A stretch of DNA of 64,000 bases from NCBI GenBank assembly GCA_964036045.1, contig OZ038379.1:4712001-4776000 (forward strand), in the 5' to 3' direction. The notes under the pieces were generated by a model. The model was not told the origin of the DNA and did not search any database. It worked only from the letters and a program-made list of their open reading frames with translations. Shown here piece after piece: positions 39,701 through 51,700 of the stretch. Source of the DNA: Eutreptiella sp. 'Long Island Sound 2002'. Taxonomy: Eukaryota; Protista; Euglenida. Within the stretch, counting starts at the first letter, position 1, and the number at the start of each line of letters is the position of its first letter. The position numbers and the translations under genes were made by a program.

Positions 39701-42700
39701 AAGGCCTACTTCCACACGGCTGTTTCTCATGAACCCTCCACCCACTCAACAAATCTGCCGCCCAGCAGCAGCACCAAACGAAGGCCTGGTGAGTCACGAA
39801 CACCAAGGAAGGAGAGTGCAGGCAAATCGCTGCATGCCGGCACTCTGTTGGCGTACACGGACACGCAGGCGATTGCGTTGCGAGCCCCAGGTATGTTTAG
39901 GGGGGGAGGGATGCCTGGGGGGAGGCATGGTTTTGGTTTGTTTGCCTTTGGCGGCGCCTATTGGCCTCTCGCCACTGCACATCCCGACCCTCTGTGGATC
40001 CGAACGTGTTTTGGTTGTGTCAACGGAGCCCCTGGATGACTTGTCCTGTTTGACTACTCCGGGGTCAGCTGTCCCAGAGACGGGCTGTTGCCCGTGCCGT
40101 TGACCAGGTGCATCCAGATGCACACACCATGCCGAGTCCATGCCGGGTTTGCTGCCTCCAGCACTGACGTGTGCGCGCCGGTGTGTGCATCTGCAGGATC
40201 AATCTCCTGACAGGGGCTTCTAACAACCACAATGTTTCTTTCTCTTTTGTCCTTTCCAATCTGCCTTCTTCTGCGTCTGCACCATTTTGGGCGAGCGCGG
40301 TGCCCTGTGTTTACGGGGGGGCAAGACAGGGTCGGGGTATTGCATTGGGCTATTGTTGGGGCTCAGCCCCCTACCCAGCCCCCCACCCTTTCCTCCTAAA
40401 AGGGGGGAGGGGGGGGGTTGAGGTTCATGTTTTGCCATACCTTCCAGCACGCCAAGTGCACACAGGGGGAAACAAGCAAGGAGAGCCTTGAAGACTAAAA
40501 AAAATGTTTGCAGGGACTGAATCAGGAACCCTGTAACCGCTGCCCAATGCGAAGACGGACTCGGCTTACCCACCCAGCTCTCCACTCCCCCAACCCACCA
40601 ACAGCCCTGTGCCAACTCACCGACATGCCCGAAAAACACCTCTTCGCGTCTGCAGGCCCCAACTGCGCTGACAGCCCGCCCCCCTCCCCCCGCCCCACGT
40701 CTCATAGCCTGCTGGCACGCGCCCATGGAGATCCCATGAAGCATCATACCAACAAAGAAGTCGAAATAGCGGAAAGTGGTAAAGTACGGATCGCTTGGGC
40801 TTGGGTTGGCAATATCACGCACCAGGGCCAGCACCTGTAGTCAAGGGACGCGGACAATCACTCAACTGAATGCCATAGAGTCACCACTAGGTGAGGGGGC
40901 GGGGGGGGGGGGGTGACCTAATTAAAAAACAGACAAATGCAAACCAGAGGTAATGCACTCCACAGTCAGGCATAAGTGCATCTTTATTCTCTATGCCAAA
41001 CCTGGTTGAACCTCAAGACACACACTGTGTCTGAAACAGAAAACAGAACATCATGTCTGACTACATTAGTCAGACAATCACAGTCAGTAGCTGTCAGTCA
41101 GACATCAGCAATCAGTGTTGGATAAGGGGGCGAGGGGGGGGGGGGGGGGCTGCTTCAGGAAGAACACACTGCCTCCGGTATTTGTGGTCTCTAGACTGGC
41201 TGCCAATCGACGACGGTTGGCAGTAAATCGACGGCAGTCGGCAGGTAACCGACGACGGTTGGCGGTTAACTGCCAGTGCAGAAGGTGGGCACATTCCCAG
41301 ACATAAGATTCCAGGGACGGGAACGGATAGTGGAAAGAGACCAAAGAAATCCTTTTTCGGGCGTGGCATCTGCCAGGGACGTGGGCTCCAAGAGGCCTTT
41401 CAGGGTGACATGGTGGCGATCAAGGGGGGTCCTTGAGGAGCCCTTGCTTTTCTTGTGCCCCCTTGAAGACCGTGACCCCCCCCCCCTCCCAGGGACAGAG
41501 CTGCCCGGCGGCGACCTGCTGCCACAGTGCTGCGAACTGTAGTCATGTGCATGCTACGATGTGCGTACAAACGGCAGCCGCAAATTTGCAGTTTGAAGAG
41601 GAATTCAGTATGAACTACGATCGCTGTGTGCGGCAACGCTTAATGTTCATCCGTGGGCAGCAACGCGCACCTTCTCATTGTACTTTTTCGCCCACTCAGT
41701 GTCGAACTTGGCCAAGACTGCCGAGGAATAAATGAAATATCTGCAGGCAAATTGCACAAATGCATAGGACAGTGCCGCGACGGTGTCCGAAGCCAATGCA
41801 CAATCCCCTTTCGCCGCAGCAATACCCGTAATGGAAGTGATGGTCGTTGTAATAGGCGTTACCGAAATCGAAATTGGGGTCCTGGAATGTCGGACACTCC
41901 AGCTGGCTGCCGTTGTTGCCACAGATGGGATATCCGTGGGGTTCTGGCCAATCTCGCCGTTCAATCCAGATATATCTAGTGGTGCAATGCAGGTGGGGTG
42001 CTGATGGCCTTCATTGACTGACATCTGCAAACTCTTCGCTGGCGTCTGTCCCACAGCTCGTCACAAACCTCCGAGATTTCCATGGACAAGATTTAAAATC
42101 GCACAGGGCAACAAGCGCACGGCATCACCTGCAGCCGCATGAGATGACCCCTCCCCAGCTTCTGTCGTAGATCAGGAGATTCTTCGTCGTGTGATCGTAC
42201 CACCTGCAATTAGACACACAAACGCAGGGCGCTCACGGGGGGGTATTACAGTTCAGATCTGGCCCCCAATGGTCAGGGCGGGAGCAGGGAGGTCTGGAAC
42301 GGAGGGGGAGGGGGGGCGCCACAGAGGCCGAGTAAGTGGGCCTTAACCCTAATCAAGACTGAATATTGGGACCGAGCTGGTGGGGGAGGGAACATCAGCT
42401 ATGACTGGTGAGGGACATCAAGAATGATTCACACATTGATGACTCTTCACAAAGTGAAATCAGCTTGCAAGTGAACCCCATCACCACAAAATGGGCTCAA
42501 AATGGGCTCAAAATGGGCTCATTTCACCCGTTTGTGCACCCCAAATGGTCTAGGATGAGGTTTGGAAAAATGCGTTTTTGACCCATTTTTGACCCATTTT
42601 TGGTCCCAAAACAGCGCATCTTCAAGGCATTTTGGGGTTTTCGGAGGACCAAAATGGGCCACCACAAGCTCAAAACGGTCCAAAAACACTTTTTAGCGTC

Positions 42701-45700
42701 ACACAACACAGCGCAACGTTTTAGCGTCGCACATGGTCTAGGATCATTTTTGAGAAAAATCATCTTTTTGCTCCTGCTGGACCCTGTTGACCCATTTGGG
42801 CACCCACCTGTTTGGGCTTGAGCTTGCAGCTTGCCGCAGCCTAGTGGGCCTAGGTTTTGGGGTCTAGGCGTCCGTTTGGGCAATTTTGAGGGGTGGAAAC
42901 CACAAAAAGTGGGGGGTTGCGGGTGGAGTAGGTGCCCTCGGAATCGCATTTTGAGCCATGTAGCCAAAGATATGGCCTGTTCTTGGTTTGTGGCTGTCGG
43001 CATTTGGAGCTTCTGGGGGCCTTTTTGGGCCGTTTCCGGGACATATCATGGAGTTAGAGGGCCGCAAAGAGCTCGTTTACACGGGGAAGTCAAGCCGCAC
43101 GTGGAGTGTACGCACGTGGAGTGTACCCACCGTTTCCCTTCGTTTGGCCGTTTTGAAGGTGTTCCAGGGCTTTTTTGGACCAAAAATGGTTGTTTTTGGC
43201 CCTAAACTGCAGTTTTTGAACCTGAGGTCCGCCACTTGCGAATCCCGTTCCCGGCCACCACCGTTGATTTTCTTGCCCAAACTTTGTGTGATTGTACTTC
43301 ACACCCATAGGTATCATCCACCAAAATTTCACCTGAATGTGAAGCACCACGACGGAGTTCTGATTTTCCCCCATTTCGCGCATGCTGCTGCCTGCTGCTG
43401 TTTGCTGGCTGCTTGCTGCTACTAAACCTGGTAGGTCCACCCTAGACACTAAAAAGGGTTATAAAACCAAGACTGGTTCCACCAGCTCGGTGACCCTAAC
43501 CCTAACCTGGGTGTACGCACCGATTTGAGTGTTCAGAAATGAACTGTTTGTTTAAATTGCTTGTTCCAAACAGGGGCTGCTTGTCAATTGTGGTTGGGTT
43601 TTGGGGCATTGTTGAATTTTGAGCATTTTGAATCCCTTGAAAACCGGGGGTGAACACCTGTTCTCCATTTAACCCCCCCCCCCTCCCACACTTATAACCC
43701 CCCCCCCCCACTTATAACCCACCCCCCAGAAATCCATGTCACCGAGGGACTTATAACCCCCCCCCTTTTCGGCACACAAGCAGAGAACAAGAAATGCCAG
43801 CGGTTGATGGATTGCCAATAAGCGGGAATCAGTTACTTATTCCACAGTTGCATCAATGAGGCCTGTGCCTGTTTCTTAGCAGGGTAGTGCTCATTGGCAT
43901 TCTTAGACTCAAGAACACCACCAGGGAATCCCAGAGAGGTCCAAATCAATTTCCATTACAAAAAAATGAATGACGTTTGAAGGTGCAAATGTGTCTGGAT
44001 CCATGCCACCCAGGTACTTATAACCCCCCCCCCCTGCACCTTCAACCAAACCGCAATACTACTACTACCACCGGGGGGTTTACAAGTGGGGGGGGGGGGG
44101 CTATCATGGGTGAAAACAACGTGGTGTGGTGTGCGAAAAGCGCTGTTACCAGAAGGCAAAGGCCGGGACATCTTGCTTACGGGCATAGTAAAACGGGCAG
44201 GGGTGTGTGCGTGTGCGCGCTTTGTGTGGCACGTGCACGGCAGCTGGGTTCGCCCCTTCGTCCGGTGGTATCTGTCCATGGCTGCTCTGGGGACTCCCTG
44301 TCGCTCCGCTTGCTGGTGCTGTTGCAGCTCCTGCAGGGCCCTCACCATGGTGCCCCGGGGTCCTGCTGGGACCTTGCGCACTGCCTCACTACCCTAGGGC
44401 AGTGGGCAGTGGGTCCCCTGGTTCATGCTGCCTCATTGTCTCGGGGCAGCGGGCAGGAGATCTCTTGCTTCTCACTGCCACACTGCTTGGGGGCAGTGGG
44501 CAGTGGAAATCCTGCGCTGCCTTGGGGCAGTGGGCAGTGGAAATCCTGCAGGTACACCGCCACACTGCCTGGGGGCAGCGGGCAGTGGATCTCCTGCTGC
44601 ATGCTGCTTCACTTTCTCGGGGCTGCGGGCAGTGGACCTCCTGCTGCACACCGCCTCACTGCTTGGGGGCAGTGGGCAGTGGAATTCCTGCATTTCACTG
44701 CCGCACTGCCTTGTGGCAATGGGGCAGTGGATCTCCTGCTACTTGCTGCCTCAGTGGCTGGGGCAGCGGGCAGTGGATGTACCGCTGGGCACTGCCTCAC
44801 TGCCTGCGGGCAGTGGGCAGTGGGCAGTGGATCTCCTGCGGCACACTACCTCACTGCCTACGGTCACTCGGCAGTGGGACTCCTTCGGTGCAGTGTGGTG
44901 TGGTGTGGTGTGGTGTGATGTCGTGTGGTGTGGTGTGGTGTGGTGTGGGGTGGTGTGGGGTGGGGTGGTGTGGTGTGGGGTGGTGTGGGGTGGGGTGGGG
45001 TGGTGGGGTGTGGTGGGGTGTGGTGGGGTGTCGTGCTGTGCTCTCTGGGATCCGGTCCAGCAGGTCAATGCCCCCTTCACTGTTCATGGGTAGAGGATGC
45101 TGCCTACCCACCCCCTTCCGTCGCGGGTCTCCGCACATAGTGAGCTTGATTGTGGTGACATACGCCCTCGTGAAAAAAAAAAAACTCCCTGTTCTCAGGG
45201 GTGGGCCTGGGTCCTGACCTGGATGCCTGGAAGGTACCGCCCGACCTTCGTGCCGTAAATGGACCATTGGCACCTTGTTTCGTGTGTTACCTGGAGATGT
45301 ACGTCCTCAATCGGTCCATAATCTTGTCGCGGATGGGAATCTCGTTCAGCTGATCCGAAATCAGCACCAAGCGTGCGAGCTTGGCAAACAACTTCCCGGC
45401 GTTGTAGGGGTCGATCATGCCGTCTTTCATGTCGTAGCGAATGTCGTAATGCTCATCCGATGTCTCGTTCCTGCCCTGTGCCGAGAAGGTGCACTGACCT
45501 TGGCACGGGGGGGGGGGGGGGGCGAAGGATGGGCGCAGTGCTCCAAGCAAGGCGCCCAGTGTGCGCACGTGTCCACCAGCAGGTGCATGGTTCTGTTGCT
45601 TAAAGGATCCCGGTACGCGTTGTCACACCTCTGTTGCGCCTTGTTGCAGTTCCGTTACATGGGGAGGAAAAATGGATCCAAGTTGACACATTTCCGCTAG

Positions 45701-48700
45701 GCAAATTTGGCATCGCTCCTCAGAAAAGAAAGCAACATGCATGTCCGAAATCGTGACTTCATTGAAGACGAAAATTTTTGGTACAAATGGTGTCCTGAAC
45801 CACACTGTGCCACCATCAACTGCAATGGACAAACCCAAACCTTAAAAAGCAGTACAAACACACAAAAGCCAATCCTTGAAATGCAAAGATATGGTTGGTA
45901 AACAAGAGTGTTCGGGATTGGTCCAGTACAAATCCAGTACCGTTCTGTTGCATCCCCGATGGAATTCCCCACATGTACCCCTTTGCACCCTGTGTGTACA
46001 TATATCGGGGGAATTCTGTGCCTGCTGTTGTGTGTGCATTCATGGGGGGGTAATTGCACACATGGACAAGAGTTGTCAATACATAGGTGGGGTAGCATGC
46101 TGGGAAATCTTGTCAGCTGCAGTTTTCCACCCCAACCGGACCACAAATATGTCGTCTCATAGCCACATGGGCCGACAGGGTCGCCGTGGTTCACTACGTA
46201 CATTTCTGGGCGCTCGACCCCACCACTGGATGCACGGTCTCCCCCATACGTGTACAAATACCCCCCACGCCAAACGTGTACAAATACCCCCCATGTAGGC
46301 TGTGGGGGTGGCTGACCCCACTGACCCCATGCATGGGGTAACCTGGGGTATGCGTGCTGATATGGGGGACATGCAAACCTGTGCACATGATATATCTTTC
46401 TTTGTTCCCTTTTCTCTTTGGCAGGCCTGGGCCATCCTGTGTTGCTCATTGTGCCATGTCCTCACATAGACTTCCTGATTCCTGTTTCCTGGTGCACCAT
46501 GGGCACAATCATTGACAAAACTGCGAATCGCCTTTGGGAGAAACTGGTAAACATCCAGTCCACTTTCAATCCCGCCATGTCTGTGTTGTGGATGTGTTGT
46601 GGTGTCCAGACTTCACCGAAAATGCCCAAGTCCCCACCCCCACCCTGCTTGTAAATGTGTTTTCCAACCCAACAATAGGGGGAGGAAGCAGGGGTCAGCC
46701 ATTGGGTGCCCAAAACCTCCAGCCATTGAGGCTGTACCTGCAGGTTCTATTATGCCAGTGAGCCAAAAATACTTATTTTGCGACAAATTTCTTGTCGCCA
46801 AATTCATTTCAGCAAAGGCTCGTGTAAAGCGGGGCGTCACTTGCTCTTGGGGTGGGTGTGGGGGCCATTGGTATGCAAGCAGCAGATGGTAACGCAGCTG
46901 TTTTCATGAGCCCAGCCTGTGCATGAGTACCCAACGTCCCTTCACATTGCAGCGATCCACTTTGACAACCACCAGGATGGGGGTAAATTGCTCTTTGGCA
47001 GGCCTGTTACATCCTGTGGCGCTCATTGTTCTAGTTTCCTGACTTGATGTGCCATGAGCACACTTTTGACAAACGAAGAGCATGCTTTGAAACCTGCACG
47101 GGTTACGAGGGTGCATGCCGCAGGCTTTCAGGTGCACCAGACCCCAAATATGGACGAAATCTCCAACATGTACATACATGGGCAGTGGCATGCTGTGAAA
47201 CCTGGTTTTTGCTGATAGGCAACATTGGGCTTCACAATACAACTCAATTTTGCCGGGTTTGATGTGATTTCTGGCCATTATTGCTGCGCCCCGCATTTCT
47301 GTCACCTGTGTTGCTGTGTTACGCTTTGCACGCAAGTGCAGCCTTGTCTTCACCCGACTCCACAGAGGGGGAGGGACTCAAGACACGTGGGCAGTACTCG
47401 TATTCCACGTCACATCTGATGGCCTGTTGGGTTCGTCACTGTGGCCCACACTTCACAGGTTATGTATGACCTGTGACCCTGTTGACTGCAAAATGCAAAA
47501 AAAGCAGTTGTCTGTGTCGCACCATCGTCAGTCTGCCCCTTCCCCCCCCATCAAACGTGCAAATCTGGCCACTTATCCCCTTTTTGAGACATTCCTGGGG
47601 GCCGGGGTTGTGCTCTCGGGGCCTGGGAGGTCACCTTCGCCTGTTCTGCAAATACGGCCCCAGGTGTACATGCGCCTTTTGCCAAAATCCCGAGGTCCCC
47701 AAAACACAGCACTCAGTGCAGCATTCCACGCCCCAGAGAGGCACTGGACGGCAGAATGTGGGCCCACAAACCTTCAAAGCCCACAAAATGGTGTCAACTT
47801 TCTCTTTGTCCGGCTGGCCAATCCAGCTGATCTCGTAGTCTGGGTACAGCAAGGGCCAGCTGTGACCAGATATCTGCAACGCCAAAGACAATCCCCTCAA
47901 ATTTCTGTGACCCCCACTCTTGATCACGCGGGTCTGCCCTTCACAAGGGGTGACCGCCAAATGGTGAGGAAGGGCAATCATTGTTTTCAGACCGTCTGGC
48001 AGACTGGACCAACACTTGTGGTCTTGATAGTGGTACTGCACAAGCGTGCCCTTGGCGACCTGGAGACACATGAAGACTTGTTGCAGCCAGCGAGGCACAC
48101 AAAATAGGACTATGCGTTGGTCAAACTGTCTGCATCCAGAATGCAACGTGATATTAAGCATATCCAATGCACCGACCACCGATGCTCCCTGCCTGGCGCA
48201 TCCGACTCTTTGCCCCACACACCCAGGACACGCTCACAGGAGGGGTGCCAGAACTATCTACTACGGAGATAGTGCATTTGACTTCATTTCAAACATTAAA
48301 AACCACAAATTTACAAATCAATATACCAACGAATGACCCATCCGCCCTGTGTTGGGGGGGGGGGCTTGGACCAGGGAGTATTCCTCGAAGCTGGTTGGCT
48401 ACCGTGTTGCACAACCGGTGTCCAGAGTCATGCCTGGATGGGAGTTTGGGCCAGGTGGAGGGGTGAACCAGAAAATTCCAGACAAACGGAGGGGGTGTTC
48501 CATGAAGGCTGGTGGATTACCGTGCAGTACGACCGGTGTCCAGGGCCATGTCTCTTATCGACTTGCTGCTTGAGGTCAATTCTGGGCAGAACTTGGGGTG
48601 CGTGAGAGTGAGATGTCTCTTCTTTGTACCGTCCAAAAACTATACCAAGATTCATCTTCGAACTGGGTGTCTGCGTGTAGCAAGGGTCGCTTGGTGACCC

Positions 48701-51700
48701 GCATTCTCCGCCAGCAATCGGTGCCGCTGTGTCGCTTTGGGAGACAGCGGCATCGAGGATGGGAGATCCACAACACTAGTGGGTGGTGGTTTTGGGTGCA
48801 TCGATCATGGCACGTGGAAGGTCGCAGGAGGAAAATGGACACGAAAATCAAAGATGCACGCCCCTGGGCAAAGCATGACCCTCAGAGTGACAAGCTTAAT
48901 TCCGAGCATCCGTGGCTTTCTGAACGAACGTGCAACACATGCACCGTTAGAAGGGGCGTTACTTGCGAACATATGACCGTCTCATCAAGCAACGGGCGCA
49001 CACAACTATGCGGGTTCGGCCTTGTTTGATGCAAACCCACATCCCCATGCACCATCCAAGTACATTTCCCATGCATAATCCCAAATGGCATCCAGCCGTG
49101 CATTCCACTTTGCTGGAGGGGGGTGCATTACCTTTTCAGTGGTCACCACAGCCTTGTCAGTACACACATTGCTTCCCTCGTCAATAGCATCAGCGTAATC
49201 CTGAATGTAAGGATCGGCCTCCTCGTTGGGGGTGTCCTTTCCAGGACAATGAGGCGAAACTCCATCCAGACCCGTTGTGCAGTTGTTGATCAGGGCCAGA
49301 CGGGCGATTCCAGAGAAGCCCTGAGGAATGAGTGATATGTGGCCAGAAATGCCGCTGGTGTCCAGCAACAGGAGGATTCAGTTGGGAATCAGTACCACTT
49401 GTACTGTTGCTGAAGGATGCCGGGCATCAAGGGGGTTGCTGAGCTGACGTGGCAAAACTTGTTGCACATGGCCATGCCAGTCAAATAGGTTGCATCCACA
49501 CGGTGGAAACAAAAATGGACAGGGACAAGAAGATGGGATGGAGAAGCGCACAGATGGAGACACCCTGGAATCTTCAAGAAACCCTCCATATCGACCCGTG
49601 ACCAAAATATGCGCAGGGTACACCCGTTTGCTGCCTAGTACTCAAGCACCTGGACGAAAGTGGCATCATGGATGCCTGGTAAAAGAATCCTGTGCGATGG
49701 TGGTGGTGTGTGTGGGTGGTGAGAGGGGTGGGTGTAGGTTTGGGGGGTAGGGTGGCAAGTGCTCGGACAAGAATCTCTGCACCCGCCATAGGACTGCACG
49801 TAGCACCGTTTGTCTGTCGATGAACGGGCTGAGCGGACTGTCCGTGGGCCTCTGAGTGGCGGTTCAAAATTTCAAAAAACCTTGATTTCTGCCGCTTCGT
49901 GGGTCGCAACAACAATAAATTCCAACGCAACAAAATTGTCCCTCAACTATTGCAATCCCAATGGATAACACTGTGCGACCGTCATCTACGTCGATGACCG
50001 TCTTGTAGACATCCAAATTTGCTACCCGTTTGATAAGTTGCCACATTGCTTCGGGATGCGGAGGATCTTTTGCGGAACCAGCATTCATAACCATGGCTGC
50101 GGCACCACGTGCGCCTGTCGAATGCAGCATTTGATTTGATTCCATGGTGCACCCTATGTCGCATGCGCTTCGTCTGGGACGGTCGGAACACGCAAGCGCC
50201 CACATGCAAACAAACCGACTGGAAACTGACTCCGAAGGTTGAAGGGCTGGCTTTGATCTTCACGGGACTGTTGGGTGGCACGTAAATGACCCATGTCTCA
50301 TCGCTGTCCCGGAGGGTGACCGTCACCTGAAAGGAGCAGAAGCTTAGCACACGCATCATGTTGACTGAACGCTGAAGGGGTCGTTGAAGGTTGTCTCTCT
50401 ATGCCCGTAGACTTTGCGCCTTGAAGGAGACGTTTATACCCATATGGATTCGAACGTACAGAAACGCAAGCGCGCGCGTGCGCAGTGCTTCAAGTGTGTC
50501 CGTTTTTCGCTGTTGCCCGCCACCAAGATGCCGGATTGGAGTGCTGGGTTGATGGCAGATGGAAGTGCGACAACTGGGGACCAGCTCCTATTCGCAGCAC
50601 ATTTGGTTGAGCCATGTCTGACTGTGGTCGTCTCTGTCAACATCTCTGAACTGAAGTGACAACAGCAAAACAATTGTTGTCCTCCGCACTAACTTGCGTT
50701 GTCCATGACCCGCCCTTGAGCCCTCGAAATGTGAGAGTCAGAGAAGATCTGATCACTTCTACGCAACAAATACAAAACGAGCAGGCTCATCAAGGCAGGG
50801 AAAAGGTGCGCAAAACTATGGGTGACCTTGTGCTTGGCGGTGTAATCCGCGCCGACAGATGACGGTGAAGGAATCTCTTCTCCATCAAGATAAAGAGTTC
50901 GGACACCTAAGAATACAATGGAACAAAGGCTCACTTGTTGTATCGCGTGTGCCAACATATGCGCTGGATGCACGTTTGCAGGAATGGTGCGCCTTACGAT
51001 GGCAAGCGTTCCAAGCTCGTTGCTCGTTGTGGAATGGGACTCATTCGCTATTCATGTCCGCCGATCGGCCCGACAGCTACCCTTTCGAACCAGCGAAATA
51101 TCACCAAAGCACGACGTCGTAACACCTACTTGGTCCGGGCAGTCACGAGCATCCTAACGTGGCACCAAGAACCACGCGATTGGGCCGCATGCGCACACAC
51201 GAATCCCGGGCAATCCGCCTCAACGTACGTAAGTTTTGGGGGGGGGGGCATTTGCACAAAGGTACCCTACGTAGTAGAGCATGACCACTAGCTCTGCAGT
51301 ATCAAATTGCGTGAGGGCTCCTAGCCGTCATGTCTCGCACTCGCATCTTTGGGCTCCGCAGATTGTCCACCGAGCAAGAGCACACCTTGACCAGTGCCGA
51401 TGGTGGCCTCTTGAGCTTTCTTGAAATTCACTGTGATGTATGGCGAGCCCCGGACAATTGTGCTTTCCATCGCTCCCCAAGTGACGGTAAAAGTGACTTC
51501 ATCAGCCCGCCGCACACAATACCTGTCGCTCATACCCGGCGTGATACTCCAATGGCGATTGACGATGTTCTGTTTGGCGAAGAGGATGCCAGGAAACGAC
51601 AAAAAGAACGTGGACGCGTTCAATCGAGCACCCTTTCACGGTGAAGGTGAAGGTGATGCGAATTGCACCTGAACAATCTTTTTTTGCGACATAATCCAGG

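Noticed and set aside
40005-40110. Hammerhead ribozyme in family E
   Set aside because: No CUGANGA/GAAA core on either strand.
44207-45217. Long Cys/Gly/Trp-rich ORFs
   Set aside because: Products of a minisatellite and pentamer repeat inside a GH81 intron.
49400-50170. Extra GH81 exons (ORF 49864..50205 or LSNPLDARHPSAT)
   Set aside because: Phases are incompatible or unnecessary; the flanking exons already join in frame with normal GH81 spacing. Left open pending cDNA.
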